A stretch of DNA of 64,000 nucleotides from a bacterium (lineage in GTDB: Bacteria; UBA8248): positions 672,001 to 736,000 of the forward strand of contig CBDCRP010000003.1 in assembly GCA_965221165.1 (NCBI GenBank), in the 5' to 3' direction. Under the pieces are notes generated by a model. The model was not told where the DNA came from and searched no databases. It worked only from the letters and a program-made list of their open reading frames with translations. The translations under genes were made by a program, and so were the position numbers. Shown in pieces: positions 19,157 through 28,042 of the stretch; the stretch's first letter is position 1; every line of letters starts with the position of its first letter.

Positions 19157-20782
19157 ATGCCCACTTACACCGATGTGGTGGCGGATGTTCTTCAAAACGC
19201 GGGCATTGAATTCGTTTTCGGGGTTCCGGGAAGTTTGAGTTCCGTCGAACTCATCGAAGCCGCCAGAAAGCGCGACATGCGCTACATCCTCTGTAGCAAC
19301 GAGAGCAGCGCAGCCGTGAAGGCGGGGACATATGGCATCATGACGGGACGGCCGGGGGTCGTGAGCACGGGGGTCGGCCCAGGGGCAGCCGCCGTCCTTC
19401 ATGGCGTGGCGAACAATTATCTCGAACGCGCCCCATGTCTCATTTTGACCGACCGCTTTTCCGATGAGCAGTTTCGCCGCCAAGGCCGACAAAGGCTCGA
19501 CCAGGATCGTCTGTTGCGCCCTATTACGAAAGGCACTTTCAAGCTCGCGAAAGACAACGCCGCGACAGCCATAAGACGCGCACTGGCTTTGGCCACAGAG
19601 GGAAGACCGGGCCCCGTGCATGTGGACCTCCCGTACGACGTCATGCTCGCGAGCGCCGAAGAAAGCGATTTCCCGCCCAGGGAGAAACCGCAAAAATATA
19701 TAGGGCGCATCGGGTCGGCCCACCCGGGCATCCGCGCAACCATCACCGCGATTTCAGAGTCGAAAAACCCGGCAGTGATAGCTGGCCTTCAGGTAAACAG
19801 ATCGGGACGAGAAGCGGAAGAAGAATTCATCTCTTTCGCCGAGAAACTCGGAGCCCCAGTATTCGCCGCACCGTCGGCGAAGGGTGTATTGCCGGAAAAT
19901 CACCCCCTCGCCATGGGAACCTTCAGAGGCGCGCCCTCCGAGCGGGAACTGATAGACAAATCAGACCTGTTCATTTTGGTGGGCTTCGACACGGTGGAAG
20001 TATTCGCCCCCGGGCATTGGAACTATCCCCAAAAAGTGATCAATCTGGATGAAGTGCCGCATCTCGATGATTTGATTCGGCCGGAAATAGAAGTGGTCGC
20101 CGATCTCGCCGATATCCTGAGAGAGTTGAGCGTCTCCGTCTCCGCCAACCATGCCTGGAACACCGAGGAGATGGATTCTTATAAAAAAATGAGACAATCC
20201 GCGTTATTTCCCACCGGAGAAGGATTGATGCCCGGCGCCGTCATTCGGATTGCCCGGGAATGTCTCCCCGACAACGGCATCATGACCGCCGATGCAGGAA
20301 GCCATAAAGTCCTGGCCAACGACATTTGGGAGACGAGACGTCCTTTGGGTTATCTGACCTCCAGCGGGCTGGGTTCGATGGCGGTCGCCATACCGGCTGC
20401 CATGGCCGCCAAATTAACGGAACCAGACGCGCCTGTTGTCTGCCTTACGGGGGATGGTGGTTTTCTCATGCGCATTGGCGACATGGAAGTCGCCGTTCGC
20501 GAAAATATCCCCTTCGTCGTCGTCGTATTTAACGACCGCTATCTGAATCTGATCAAAATCAAACAGGACAACCGATCTTTCCCGCGCTTTGGCACCGAGT
20601 TTCGTGATTCCGATTATTCATCCGTCTCGAAAGGATTGGGCTGTGAGGGCGAAAGAGTTTCCACAGGAGAGGAGTTGAAAGATGCGCTCAACCGGGCATT
20701 TTTGTCCGATAAACCCTGGGTGATAGACGCAGTCATCAATCCCGATGGCTATGTGGGTTCAAAAGATGTCCGCGCAGAATAA
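19157..20782 (+). CDS. thiamine pyrophosphate-binding enzyme (acetolactate synthase-like)
   Basis: VFGVPG, GRPGPVHVDLP, GDGG..FND TPP motif; GGAGGAG SD. Confidence 0.85.
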   Translation: MPTYTDVVADVLQNAGIEFVFGVPGSLSSVELIEAARKRDMRYILCSNESSAAVKAGTYGIMTGRPGVVSTGVGPGAAAVLHGVANNYLERAPCLILTDRFSDEQFRRQGRQRLDQDRLLRPITKGTFKLAKDNAATAIRRALALATEGRPGPVHVDLPYDVMLASAEESDFPPREKPQKYIGRIGSAHPGIRATITAISESKNPAVIAGLQVNRSGREAEEEFISFAEKLGAPVFAAPSAKGVLPENHPLAMGTFRGAPSERELIDKSDLFILVGFDTVEVFAPGHWNYPQKVINLDEVPHLDDLIRPEIEVVADLADILRELSVSVSANHAWNTEEMDSYKKMRQSALFPTGEGLMPGAVIRIARECLPDNGIMTADAGSHKVLANDIWETRRPLGYLTSSGLGSMAVAIPAAMAAKLTEPDAPVVCLTGDGGFLMRIGDMEVAVRENIPFVVVVFNDRYLNLIKIKQDNRSFPRFGTEFRDSDYSSVSKGLGCEGERVSTGEELKDALNRAFLSDKPWVIDAVINPDGYVGSKDVRAE

Positions 20783-20946
20783 TGAGAATTTTTTGCTTGA
20801 CACGAACCTCTCAACAAAGCATCTTATACGATATCTTGTGTAACCAGATGGGGAGAATTTAGATTTCCCTGTGAACAGACGTCCAGGCAGGGTCTGGGCA
20901 TGATATCCTCGACCCTATAAGGGGTCTCCGCGCGGGAGGATTGTAA

Positions 20947-21153
20947 GTGCCAGAGGGAACAGTAAAGTGGTTTAGCGACAAAAAGGGGTATGGTTTTATT
21001 TCTCGGGAAGATGGCGACGACATCTTCGTTCACTTTTCAGCGATCGTTGCAGATGGATTTAAATCACTGAAAGAAGGTGAAAAGGTTACATTCGAGGTCA
21101 CTCAAGGTCCCAAAGGACTTCAGGCTGCGAATGTAGCAAAACAAGAAGAGTAA
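20947..21153 (+). CDS. cold-shock protein
   Basis: [31 protein letters not shown]. Confidence 0.95.
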   Translation: MPEGTVKWFSDKKGYGFISREDGDDIFVHFSAIVADGFKSLKEGEKVTFEVTQGPKGLQAANVAKQEE

Positions 21154-21191
21154 TTTCCCTCCCGCTATCGCATCTTATTATCGGGGGCAAG

Positions 21192-22547
21192 CTACGCGCC
21201 GGCCCTGATATGCTCCAGGACCGTCTCTGCGGCTTTGTCCCCGCTTCTCACCGCACCCTCTACGGTGGCCGGTAGACCTGTGCGCGTCCAATCTCCAGCC
21301 AAAAAGAAGCCCTCTACAGGCGTTCGGGTATCCATCCGGGAGCTTTGTTCGGCCACCCCATTCGCCCAGGTAGCCGCACGCTCTCGCACCATTACGATAT
21401 CTCGAATACGGTTACGGGGAATTATGCGGCTCAGGCAATCTCTTGCAGAAGATTCTATGGTCGACCGAGCCCTGGATGCGATGGAATCCTCGGCCCCGGC
21501 CAATAGACACACCAGATTTTCCCCCCTTTCTCCAACAACATCAGGGCGAAACAGCCAATCCCAGTCTTCATCCAAAATAGCTTCGAAACGAGGTCCCTCA
21601 TCCGGTTCTTCGAGCCAACAATATGCGCTGGCGATAGGCCCCGGGCATAGTTTCCCCAGATTCGAAAAGGGTGTTTGTCCATTGAGTTCCCGACCCAACA
21701 ATCTAGCCAGAACGTCAGGCGGCACGGCAGATATAACTGCGCCTGCTCGTAAAATCTCACGCTTTCTCACAAGCACACCGTTTATTTTTGAATTTTTGAC
21801 ATCAAAACCAAGCGCGGGCTCCTGAAGTCTCACCTCTCCGCCTAGACGCTGGATGCTTTGCGCCGCTCTATTCGCCCACAGCGTACTCAGAGCCTTCATC
21901 GGTACGCCCAGGGCAGCTCCTTTCGGGCCATGGGCGAAGGCTTCGCGGATCACCGCCTGGAACAACTCCGCACTTCCCTGCTCCAAAGGCAAATTTAATA
22001 CCGCGCGCGCAAACGGCTCCCAAAACCAACGCACCGCCTCATCCTTCTGGCCAAGGCGCTTAAGCATTTCACGCATGGATTCATTCGGGTGCTCATTATT
22101 CGATTTTGAAATGATCTTTGAAAGACCTTTCAGAAGACTCACTTTCTCCAAAAAGCCAGGCCCTCGCCACCTGAGCAAACCCCGGAGTTGCGCAAAAACC
22201 CCTCCACCCTCCGGAAACAACAATTTCGTCCGTCTGAATGAATCCATTTCGCGAATACGGTAGCTCACCTGCAAGGAAGGAGAGAAGAAAACATCATCTG
22301 CGGCGCCCACCCTTGCCAGCAGAGAGCGAAGCGCCGGATTCGCCGCCATAAACAAATGCGGACCCCAGTCCAACTCCAAACCCGTGGGTGCGTGCATGAA
22401 ACTACGCGCCCGGCCCCCGAGAAGCTTCCCCGCCTCGAGCACCACCACTCCGATGCCCGACTCGGCAAGGCGCAAGGCGGCGGACAGGCCTGCGGCGCCG
22501 GCTCCGACGATGATAACCGGCCGTTCGGGCCCGAGAGGTGCAGGCAT
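21192..22547 (-). CDS. hpnE: hydroxysqualene dehydroxylase
   Basis: GAGAAGL, GGRARSF, ERAAT, LAGDWTRTGLPATVEGAVRSG; follows hpnC/D. Confidence 0.85.
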   Translation of the reverse strand: MPAPLGPERPVIIVGAGAAGLSAALRLAESGIGVVVLEAGKLLGGRARSFMHAPTGLELDWGPHLFMAANPALRSLLARVGAADDVFFSPSLQVSYRIREMDSFRRTKLLFPEGGGVFAQLRGLLRWRGPGFLEKVSLLKGLSKIISKSNNEHPNESMREMLKRLGQKDEAVRWFWEPFARAVLNLPLEQGSAELFQAVIREAFAHGPKGAALGVPMKALSTLWANRAAQSIQRLGGEVRLQEPALGFDVKNSKINGVLVRKREILRAGAVISAVPPDVLARLLGRELNGQTPFSNLGKLCPGPIASAYCWLEEPDEGPRFEAILDEDWDWLFRPDVVGERGENLVCLLAGAEDSIASRARSTIESSARDCLSRIIPRNRIRDIVMVRERAATWANGVAEQSSRMDTRTPVEGFFLAGDWTRTGLPATVEGAVRSGDKAAETVLEHIRAGA

Positions 22548-24707
22548 TTATGATTCCAGAAAACAGCGGAGCGCTTCTTGTAGTTTTTCCCTGGACTTCA
22601 ATGAAGGCCGATAATTCATGTGCCGAAAATGATTCTCATCCATTTCACTTAGAAGCCTCCTGTAAATTCGGCCCATGATTCTGGCAGGAAGAAGGTTCTC
22701 TTTTTTCTCATGACGCAACGCCTCATTCGCCCGCTCGTAATATCCACGCGCCCGTTGCGCCAGAAGCCGAAGAAGACTCAAAACCTGAGAAGTATCTTTT
22801 TTGTCTCTCAGATCGGAGGCTGTTACACCATATTTTTCCATTTCGCTTTGCGGAATATAGAAACGGCCCTGTTCCGCATCCTCCCAAACATCTCTTAAAA
22901 TATTCGTCATCTGAAGCGCTCTTCCCAAACAAACGGCATAGTCTTTCGCAAATTCCGATTTCACGCCGAAGATGCCCAGGCACGCCAGCCCGACCGCAGA
23001 AGCCACCTTGTCGCAATAGTTTTCAAGCTCTGAGAAATCTTCGAATCGACTCTCCTCCAAATCCATCGCCACGCCGTCACAAATCGTCCGGAAATGCTCT
23101 GGCGGCAAGTCATATTTTCCCGCCGCCCACGCGAGTTCCCCAATTATCGGATGGGATGGACTCTCCTCGCACAAATGAGCCAGCGCCTCTTTCCATTCGC
23201 GCAACGAGTTTTTTTTGCCGGGTATCTCGCCCGGCTCATCGGCGATATCGTCGGCCATGCGGCAATACGCATAAACCGCTGTAATAGCGCGCCTTTTCTC
23301 CGCAGGCAGGCTGAAAAAAGACAGATAAAAATTCGACTTGCTCGCGCGAATAAACCAGCGGCAATATGCGCGGTTCAACTCTTCTTCCGCACGCCGATCC
23401 ACGCTGGATTCGAGTCGATAGACCGGACGAAACGCAGCGAGCAACGACCTGGCTTTATCCCAAGCATTCAAAATCGGAGAGCCTGAGCAAACGTTCCACT
23501 TCTCGTGGGAAATCGAGTCCAGTGCTGCAACGCCACCTCTCCAAATCGCACGAAGTTCACGACCCAATGCGCCGCGGGTCCGGTACAGGAGCGGCAAACC
23601 TCGTCTGAAGAGACGCTTCGTCCTTTTTATCTGAAAAACAAGAAACGCGCGCAGTTGAGGCGTCGCAACGTCCGCGATCAAATCAGCCTCGGATAAGGCG
23701 AATCTTTTCATTTCATCCTGAGGCATGTAGACGATGCCTCGTTCGGCATCTTCTTTTACATCTTGTAAATGATTCGCAATCTGCAAGGCCGTGCATATAG
23801 CATCCGAAGAACGGAGGGCTTCCTCATCACGTATCCCGTGCAACATGAGAACTATCCGCCCAACCGGGTTCGCCGATCGGCGGCAATAATCGAGCAAAGT
23901 TTCGTAGTCTGGATACCGGACAACCGTGACGTCTTGCCGGAATGCCGAGAGTAGATCCTGAAAAGGCTGCAAGGGCAAATCAAATTGCTGAATCGTGTGA
24001 GACAGCGCCATGAAAACGTCCGTTTCCGCGACTCCCTTCCGGGCCAACACGAGCTTTTCTTCCCATTCATCGAGGCGGGCGAGGCGCTCATGGGCGGGAC
24101 TGGTCGTATCCGCGATGTCATCAGCGCCTCTGGCGAACGCGTATACCGCGGCGACATGCGGCCTTATCTTCGCCGGCAGCAATTTCGAGGCGACGGGGAA
24201 ATTCTCGTAGTGGCCCGCTACGATTTTCATGCACACATCATAAGCGGCGCTTACATCATGCTCAGAAATGTTTTTTGTCTCTTTACCCAAATCTCGTATT
24301 TCCTCGCCCTTTATGAGAGATTCTATCAATCGCGCATCCGCAGGCAAGAAATCAAAATCCCCCAAAGAGGAAGGATGCACCCATTCATGCCTGCTCACCC
24401 CTAAATTCTTCGCCACCCCGCTTTCCCATTTACAACCATAAAAACGAAGGTGAACACTTCTATCGGGATAACGATGCCGGGTCTCCCAATGAAGACGACC
24501 AACGCGCACTTCGATCCCAAGTTCCTCGCAAATTTCCCGGTGTAAGGCATCCTGGGGATTTTCGCCACACTCTATTTTACCGCCCGGAAATTCCCAGAGA
24601 CCCGGCATGTGTCCGCCCGCCGGACGCCGGCAGATGAGAATACGCCCCTCATTCCAAATAATTCCGGCGACGACGCTTAGCTCTAGAGCAGGAGCTTCAT
24701 CTTTCAT
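22548..24707 (-). CDS. NUDIX (MutT/NudG-like) - HpnC - HpnD fusion
   Basis: WEFPGGK..REICEELG Nudix box; HYENFPVAS and ADDIAD (HpnC); SNFYLSF, ADDIADE, TNILRDV (HpnD); one 719-aa ORF. Confidence 0.85.
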   Translation of the reverse strand: MKDEAPALELSVVAGIIWNEGRILICRRPAGGHMPGLWEFPGGKIECGENPQDALHREICEELGIEVRVGRLHWETRHRYPDRSVHLRFYGCKWESGVAKNLGVSRHEWVHPSSLGDFDFLPADARLIESLIKGEEIRDLGKETKNISEHDVSAAYDVCMKIVAGHYENFPVASKLLPAKIRPHVAAVYAFARGADDIADTTSPAHERLARLDEWEEKLVLARKGVAETDVFMALSHTIQQFDLPLQPFQDLLSAFRQDVTVVRYPDYETLLDYCRRSANPVGRIVLMLHGIRDEEALRSSDAICTALQIANHLQDVKEDAERGIVYMPQDEMKRFALSEADLIADVATPQLRAFLVFQIKRTKRLFRRGLPLLYRTRGALGRELRAIWRGGVAALDSISHEKWNVCSGSPILNAWDKARSLLAAFRPVYRLESSVDRRAEEELNRAYCRWFIRASKSNFYLSFFSLPAEKRRAITAVYAYCRMADDIADEPGEIPGKKNSLREWKEALAHLCEESPSHPIIGELAWAAGKYDLPPEHFRTICDGVAMDLEESRFEDFSELENYCDKVASAVGLACLGIFGVKSEFAKDYAVCLGRALQMTNILRDVWEDAEQGRFYIPQSEMEKYGVTASDLRDKKDTSQVLSLLRLLAQRARGYYERANEALRHEKKENLLPARIMGRIYRRLLSEMDENHFRHMNYRPSLKSREKLQEALRCFLES

Positions 24708-25520
24708 TCAGGCTCCATGGGTTTGATTCCGCGCAACTGTATCTTCCGAATATCCCGACAATCTTCTTAGAATACTGGAAAAGACAATGGGCTCCGCCAT
24801 GGGTAACGCTTCGGCTAGTTCTTGTTCATCCGCAAAATGCACGCCTGGCAGGACCAATCCCGGCATTCGCAGTTTAATGGAATCCTTGGCGAACGGCCAC
24901 GGAGAAATTTCCAAATCATCCACGTTTGCGGTTTTCACCTTCAAGCCACTTTGCGTCAAGGGATGGACGGCCTCATCGGGCGGTGTAATTTCAGGCGCCC
25001 GGCACGCCAGGAGGGATAAGGTATCGCAAACCCTGAGCAAGGACACGGAATTTTCAATCGCATCCCTGTGTTCCGGCCCGATGAGGGAGTCCAGCTTTTT
25101 CCGCCGCTTCAATTCAGCATGAATGAACCCGTTCAGCACTCTTGAAACCTCTCGCAGAGCGCCCTCCCTCCCCCCAGCGGCGAGCGAGGAAAAATGGAGG
25201 CTGACCAGATAACCGGTAAATGGATGAAAAGACGCACAAGAATCTACGCCCTCCGCCCATATTTCTATCGCCTTGTCCGCCGTTATGCCAAAAAAACTAT
25301 AAGGCAGTTTCGTCATTTCATCCCATTTCGGCGTGGCATCCGAGCGACACCACCCCACATCATGGTTGTCGACAGCGAACAAAACCTTCTCTCTGAGTTC
25401 ATCAGGGGGGGGAGGCAGCGATTCAATCCCTGCCCAGTTTCGCGCAATCGTACCTGCTGCCCGGGCGTGGTCATGCTGAGAGATGAGGCGAACTTGATTA
25501 TCTCGTGGACGAACTATCAT
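24708..25520 (-). CDS. DUF3891 family protein
   Basis: MIVR..ISQHDHA, HDVGW, LVSLH, CDTLSL, PWPF. Confidence 0.75.
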   Translation of the reverse strand: MIVRPRDNQVRLISQHDHARAAGTIARNWAGIESLPPPPDELREKVLFAVDNHDVGWCRSDATPKWDEMTKLPYSFFGITADKAIEIWAEGVDSCASFHPFTGYLVSLHFSSLAAGGREGALREVSRVLNGFIHAELKRRKKLDSLIGPEHRDAIENSVSLLRVCDTLSLLACRAPEITPPDEAVHPLTQSGLKVKTANVDDLEISPWPFAKDSIKLRMPGLVLPGVHFADEQELAEALPMAEPIVFSSILRRLSGYSEDTVARNQTHGA

Positions 25521-25669
25521 TTGCGACACCACAGAAACGGCGGCGAATACACCCTCAGTGCGTCGACTTTCCCGGTCCAAATCCCCAAAAACATTTCATT
25601 TCGCTGACAAAAAATGTAACAACCACCACTGCGACAAACAAGAGAAAAACGAGTAAATGTAGCATCTAC

Positions 25670-25697
25670 TTGAACAAACGTGTGCAAAACACATAAT
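25670..25697 (+). promoter_or_regulatory. sigma70-type promoter upstream of metX
   Basis: TTGAAC-16 nt-CATAAT. Confidence 0.45.
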
Positions 25698-25753
25698 TTT
25701 GCTACAAGTCAGTATATATTCTGATCCTGGAAATAAGGAAATCGCGCCAAATC

Positions 25754-27190
25754 ATGAGTCAAAAAAATTCTCCGCAGGACCCCGGTTCGGTCGGCCTTGC
25801 GAAAACACATACGATTACCCTTCCCGAGCCGTTCCAGACCGATTCGGGCGAAACATTGCCCGAAATCCATGTTGCCTACGAGACATACGGAGAACTCTCC
25901 CCGAGTGGTGATAACGCGGTTTTGGTTATCCACGCTCTAACGGGCGATGCGCATGCAGCCGGCTTTCACAGCCTCGATGATCCGCGCCCGGGCTGGTGGG
26001 ACCCGATGATCGGCCCCGGTAAGGCCATCGACACCCGAAAATACTTTGTCGTCTCCTCCAACAACCTGGGGGGATGCTCGGGATCTACCGGACCCACTTC
26101 CATCAATCCCGCCACGGGACACGCTTATAATATCGGCTTTCCCGTCGTCACGGTGGAGGACACGGTACGGGTCCATAAATTGCTTCTTGAGCGTTTGGGC
26201 GTAAAGCGCCTCAAAACGGTTATCGGCGGTTCGCTCGCAGGGATGCAAACCCTGGAATGGGGCTTGCGCTACAGCGACTTCTGCGACTCCGTCATACCGG
26301 TCGCAGGAGCTACACGCTTGGACCCGATGGGAATCGCCTGGGACAAAATCGCCCGCAGGGCCATCATGGCGGACGGCGGTTGGGAAAACGGCGACTACGC
26401 CGCAGGCAAAGGCCCACGCAAGGGCCTGAGCGCGGCGCGCATGCTGGCCCACATTACCTACCTGAGCAAGGGAATCATGTGGGAGAAATTCGGCCGCGAG
26501 ATTCGAGATAAAGACAAAATGCTGGACGATATCGCCTCCCGGTTCGAAGTGGAGAGCTACCTCGATCACCAGGGAGACAAATTCGTCGAGCGTTTCGACG
26601 CGAATTCGTATTTGTATATATCCCGCATGATGGATCTATATGACGCCTCCTTGGGTTTCGAGAGCCTCGAAGCGTCCTTATCCCGACTCAAGACCAAATG
26701 TATGCTCGTATGCTTCATATCCGATTGGCTCTTCCCGCCGGAGAGAAGCATGGAGATTGCCCAGATTCTCCAAAAACGAGAGCAGGAAGTAGAGTTGCAC
26801 ACGGTGGAATCCACCTACGGGCACGATGCCTTCCTGGTTCAATACGATAAACTCACCGAGATCGTCGGTGGTTTTCTGGCCAGACTCGAACGTGGCGGCC
26901 CTATCGGCATCAACGCGACTCCCATACCTCGGGGGTGCAACCGGCTCGTCCTCTCCATACCGGGTCATTGTGTAAACAAACCTATTTTGTGGGAACTCGG
27001 CAAAAAATACTCGTTTTCCATCAACATCATGAGAAGCGAGATAGATGCCCAATCAGGGTGGCAGGTATGTGAATTCGATGGAAACGAGGAAGAAATCGTA
27101 CAAGCGGTGGCAGAACTCCGAAATATGGGGATCTGGGTCGACCCCGGGGGGCATGACGCCATCGACCACGACCGTGCCGAAGTGGTATAA
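25754..27190 (+). CDS. metX: homoserine O-acetyltransferase with C-terminal NIL domain
   Basis: HALTGD, GWWD, GSTGP, GGSLAG, RFDANSY, YGHDAFL; extra domain of about 80 aa with PILWEL..INIMRSEI..GW. Confidence 0.88.
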   Translation: MSQKNSPQDPGSVGLAKTHTITLPEPFQTDSGETLPEIHVAYETYGELSPSGDNAVLVIHALTGDAHAAGFHSLDDPRPGWWDPMIGPGKAIDTRKYFVVSSNNLGGCSGSTGPTSINPATGHAYNIGFPVVTVEDTVRVHKLLLERLGVKRLKTVIGGSLAGMQTLEWGLRYSDFCDSVIPVAGATRLDPMGIAWDKIARRAIMADGGWENGDYAAGKGPRKGLSAARMLAHITYLSKGIMWEKFGREIRDKDKMLDDIASRFEVESYLDHQGDKFVERFDANSYLYISRMMDLYDASLGFESLEASLSRLKTKCMLVCFISDWLFPPERSMEIAQILQKREQEVELHTVESTYGHDAFLVQYDKLTEIVGGFLARLERGGPIGINATPIPRGCNRLVLSIPGHCVNKPILWELGKKYSFSINIMRSEIDAQSGWQVCEFDGNEEEIVQAVAELRNMGIWVDPGGHDAIDHDRAEVV

Positions 27191-27259
27191 ATCGAAAATT
27201 GCGGCGATACATTCACCGGCATTCAAAAGATCCATTAAAAACAAGACGGAGGCAACGCC

Positions 27260-27892
27260 ATGGGTGAGTTGAAAGAACCGATTGTTGTGGTGAAATACTC
27301 GGATTACACCTGACCATTTTGCTATGTCGCCACCGTTGGTGGCACGCCTGTGATTGAAGAAGACCCCGACGTGGTCGTCGAGTGGGTCAGCTGGGAGGGA
27401 AGACCCCCGGGGCGGGAGTTCGCCGGCTACTCTCCGGAGCAGAAAAAAGAAAGTTACGAGACGAACCACAAACCTCTCGCCGATAAGTATGGCGTACCCA
27501 TCAGGGTCGCGGGAGACGACTACCGCACCACCAACCTCCACATGGCCACCTATTACGCCCGGGACAAGGGGAAATTCAAGGAATTTCGGAATCGCTGCTA
27601 CAAGGCCCGCTGGGTGGAGAACCTGAGCCTGGAGGATTTGGACGTCATCGCCAAACTCGGCGAGGATGTCGGCCTCGACGGAGAGGAAATCAAAGCCGTC
27701 ATCGCCGAGAAACGCTACATCGGCGCGCTGCACAGCCAGCGCGCCCAGGGAAAAGGTCTGGGTATTTACGGAATCCCCACATTCGTGGTGGAGGGAAAAC
27801 TGTTTTGGGGTATAGACGTTATCGATGACGTCAAGGACGAGGTTGCCCGCGTGAAGCAGGAACGGCTCGAAAAGGAAAAAGAAGAGAGCTGA
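27260..27892 (+). CDS. DsbA/HCCA-isomerase-like protein, probable selenoprotein (UGA 27311-27313)
   Basis: GGAGG SD; MGELKEPIVVVKYSDYT-UGA-PFCYV (UxxC) in frame with ORF 27350..27892; GIYGIPTF, LFWG. Confidence 0.9.
27326..27345 (+). promoter_or_regulatory. candidate SECIS hairpin
   Basis: GU(C)GCCACC-GUU-GGUGGCAC, loop starts 22 nt after the UGA. Confidence 0.6.
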
Positions 27893-27934
27893 ACCTGCTC
27901 ACCGGCGGTTCCGCTCCGCCCATACGAATGAATG

Positions 27935-27966
27935 AAACACCCTGCTCGGTGAGCAGGGTGTTTTTT
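27935..27966 (+). terminator. intrinsic terminator
   Basis: AAACACCCTGCTC-GGT-GAGCAGGGTGTTT followed by a T run. Confidence 0.8.
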
Positions 27967-28042
27967 CTCCTGCCTTTTTGCCCTTTCACTCCCGATTCGA
28001 TAAGCTGGAAGTTCTCTATCCACCATATGAGGAGAGAATCCG

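Noticed and set aside
25698-25753. SAM riboswitch upstream of metX
   Set aside because: Leader is short and lacks a recognisable SAM-I/II core
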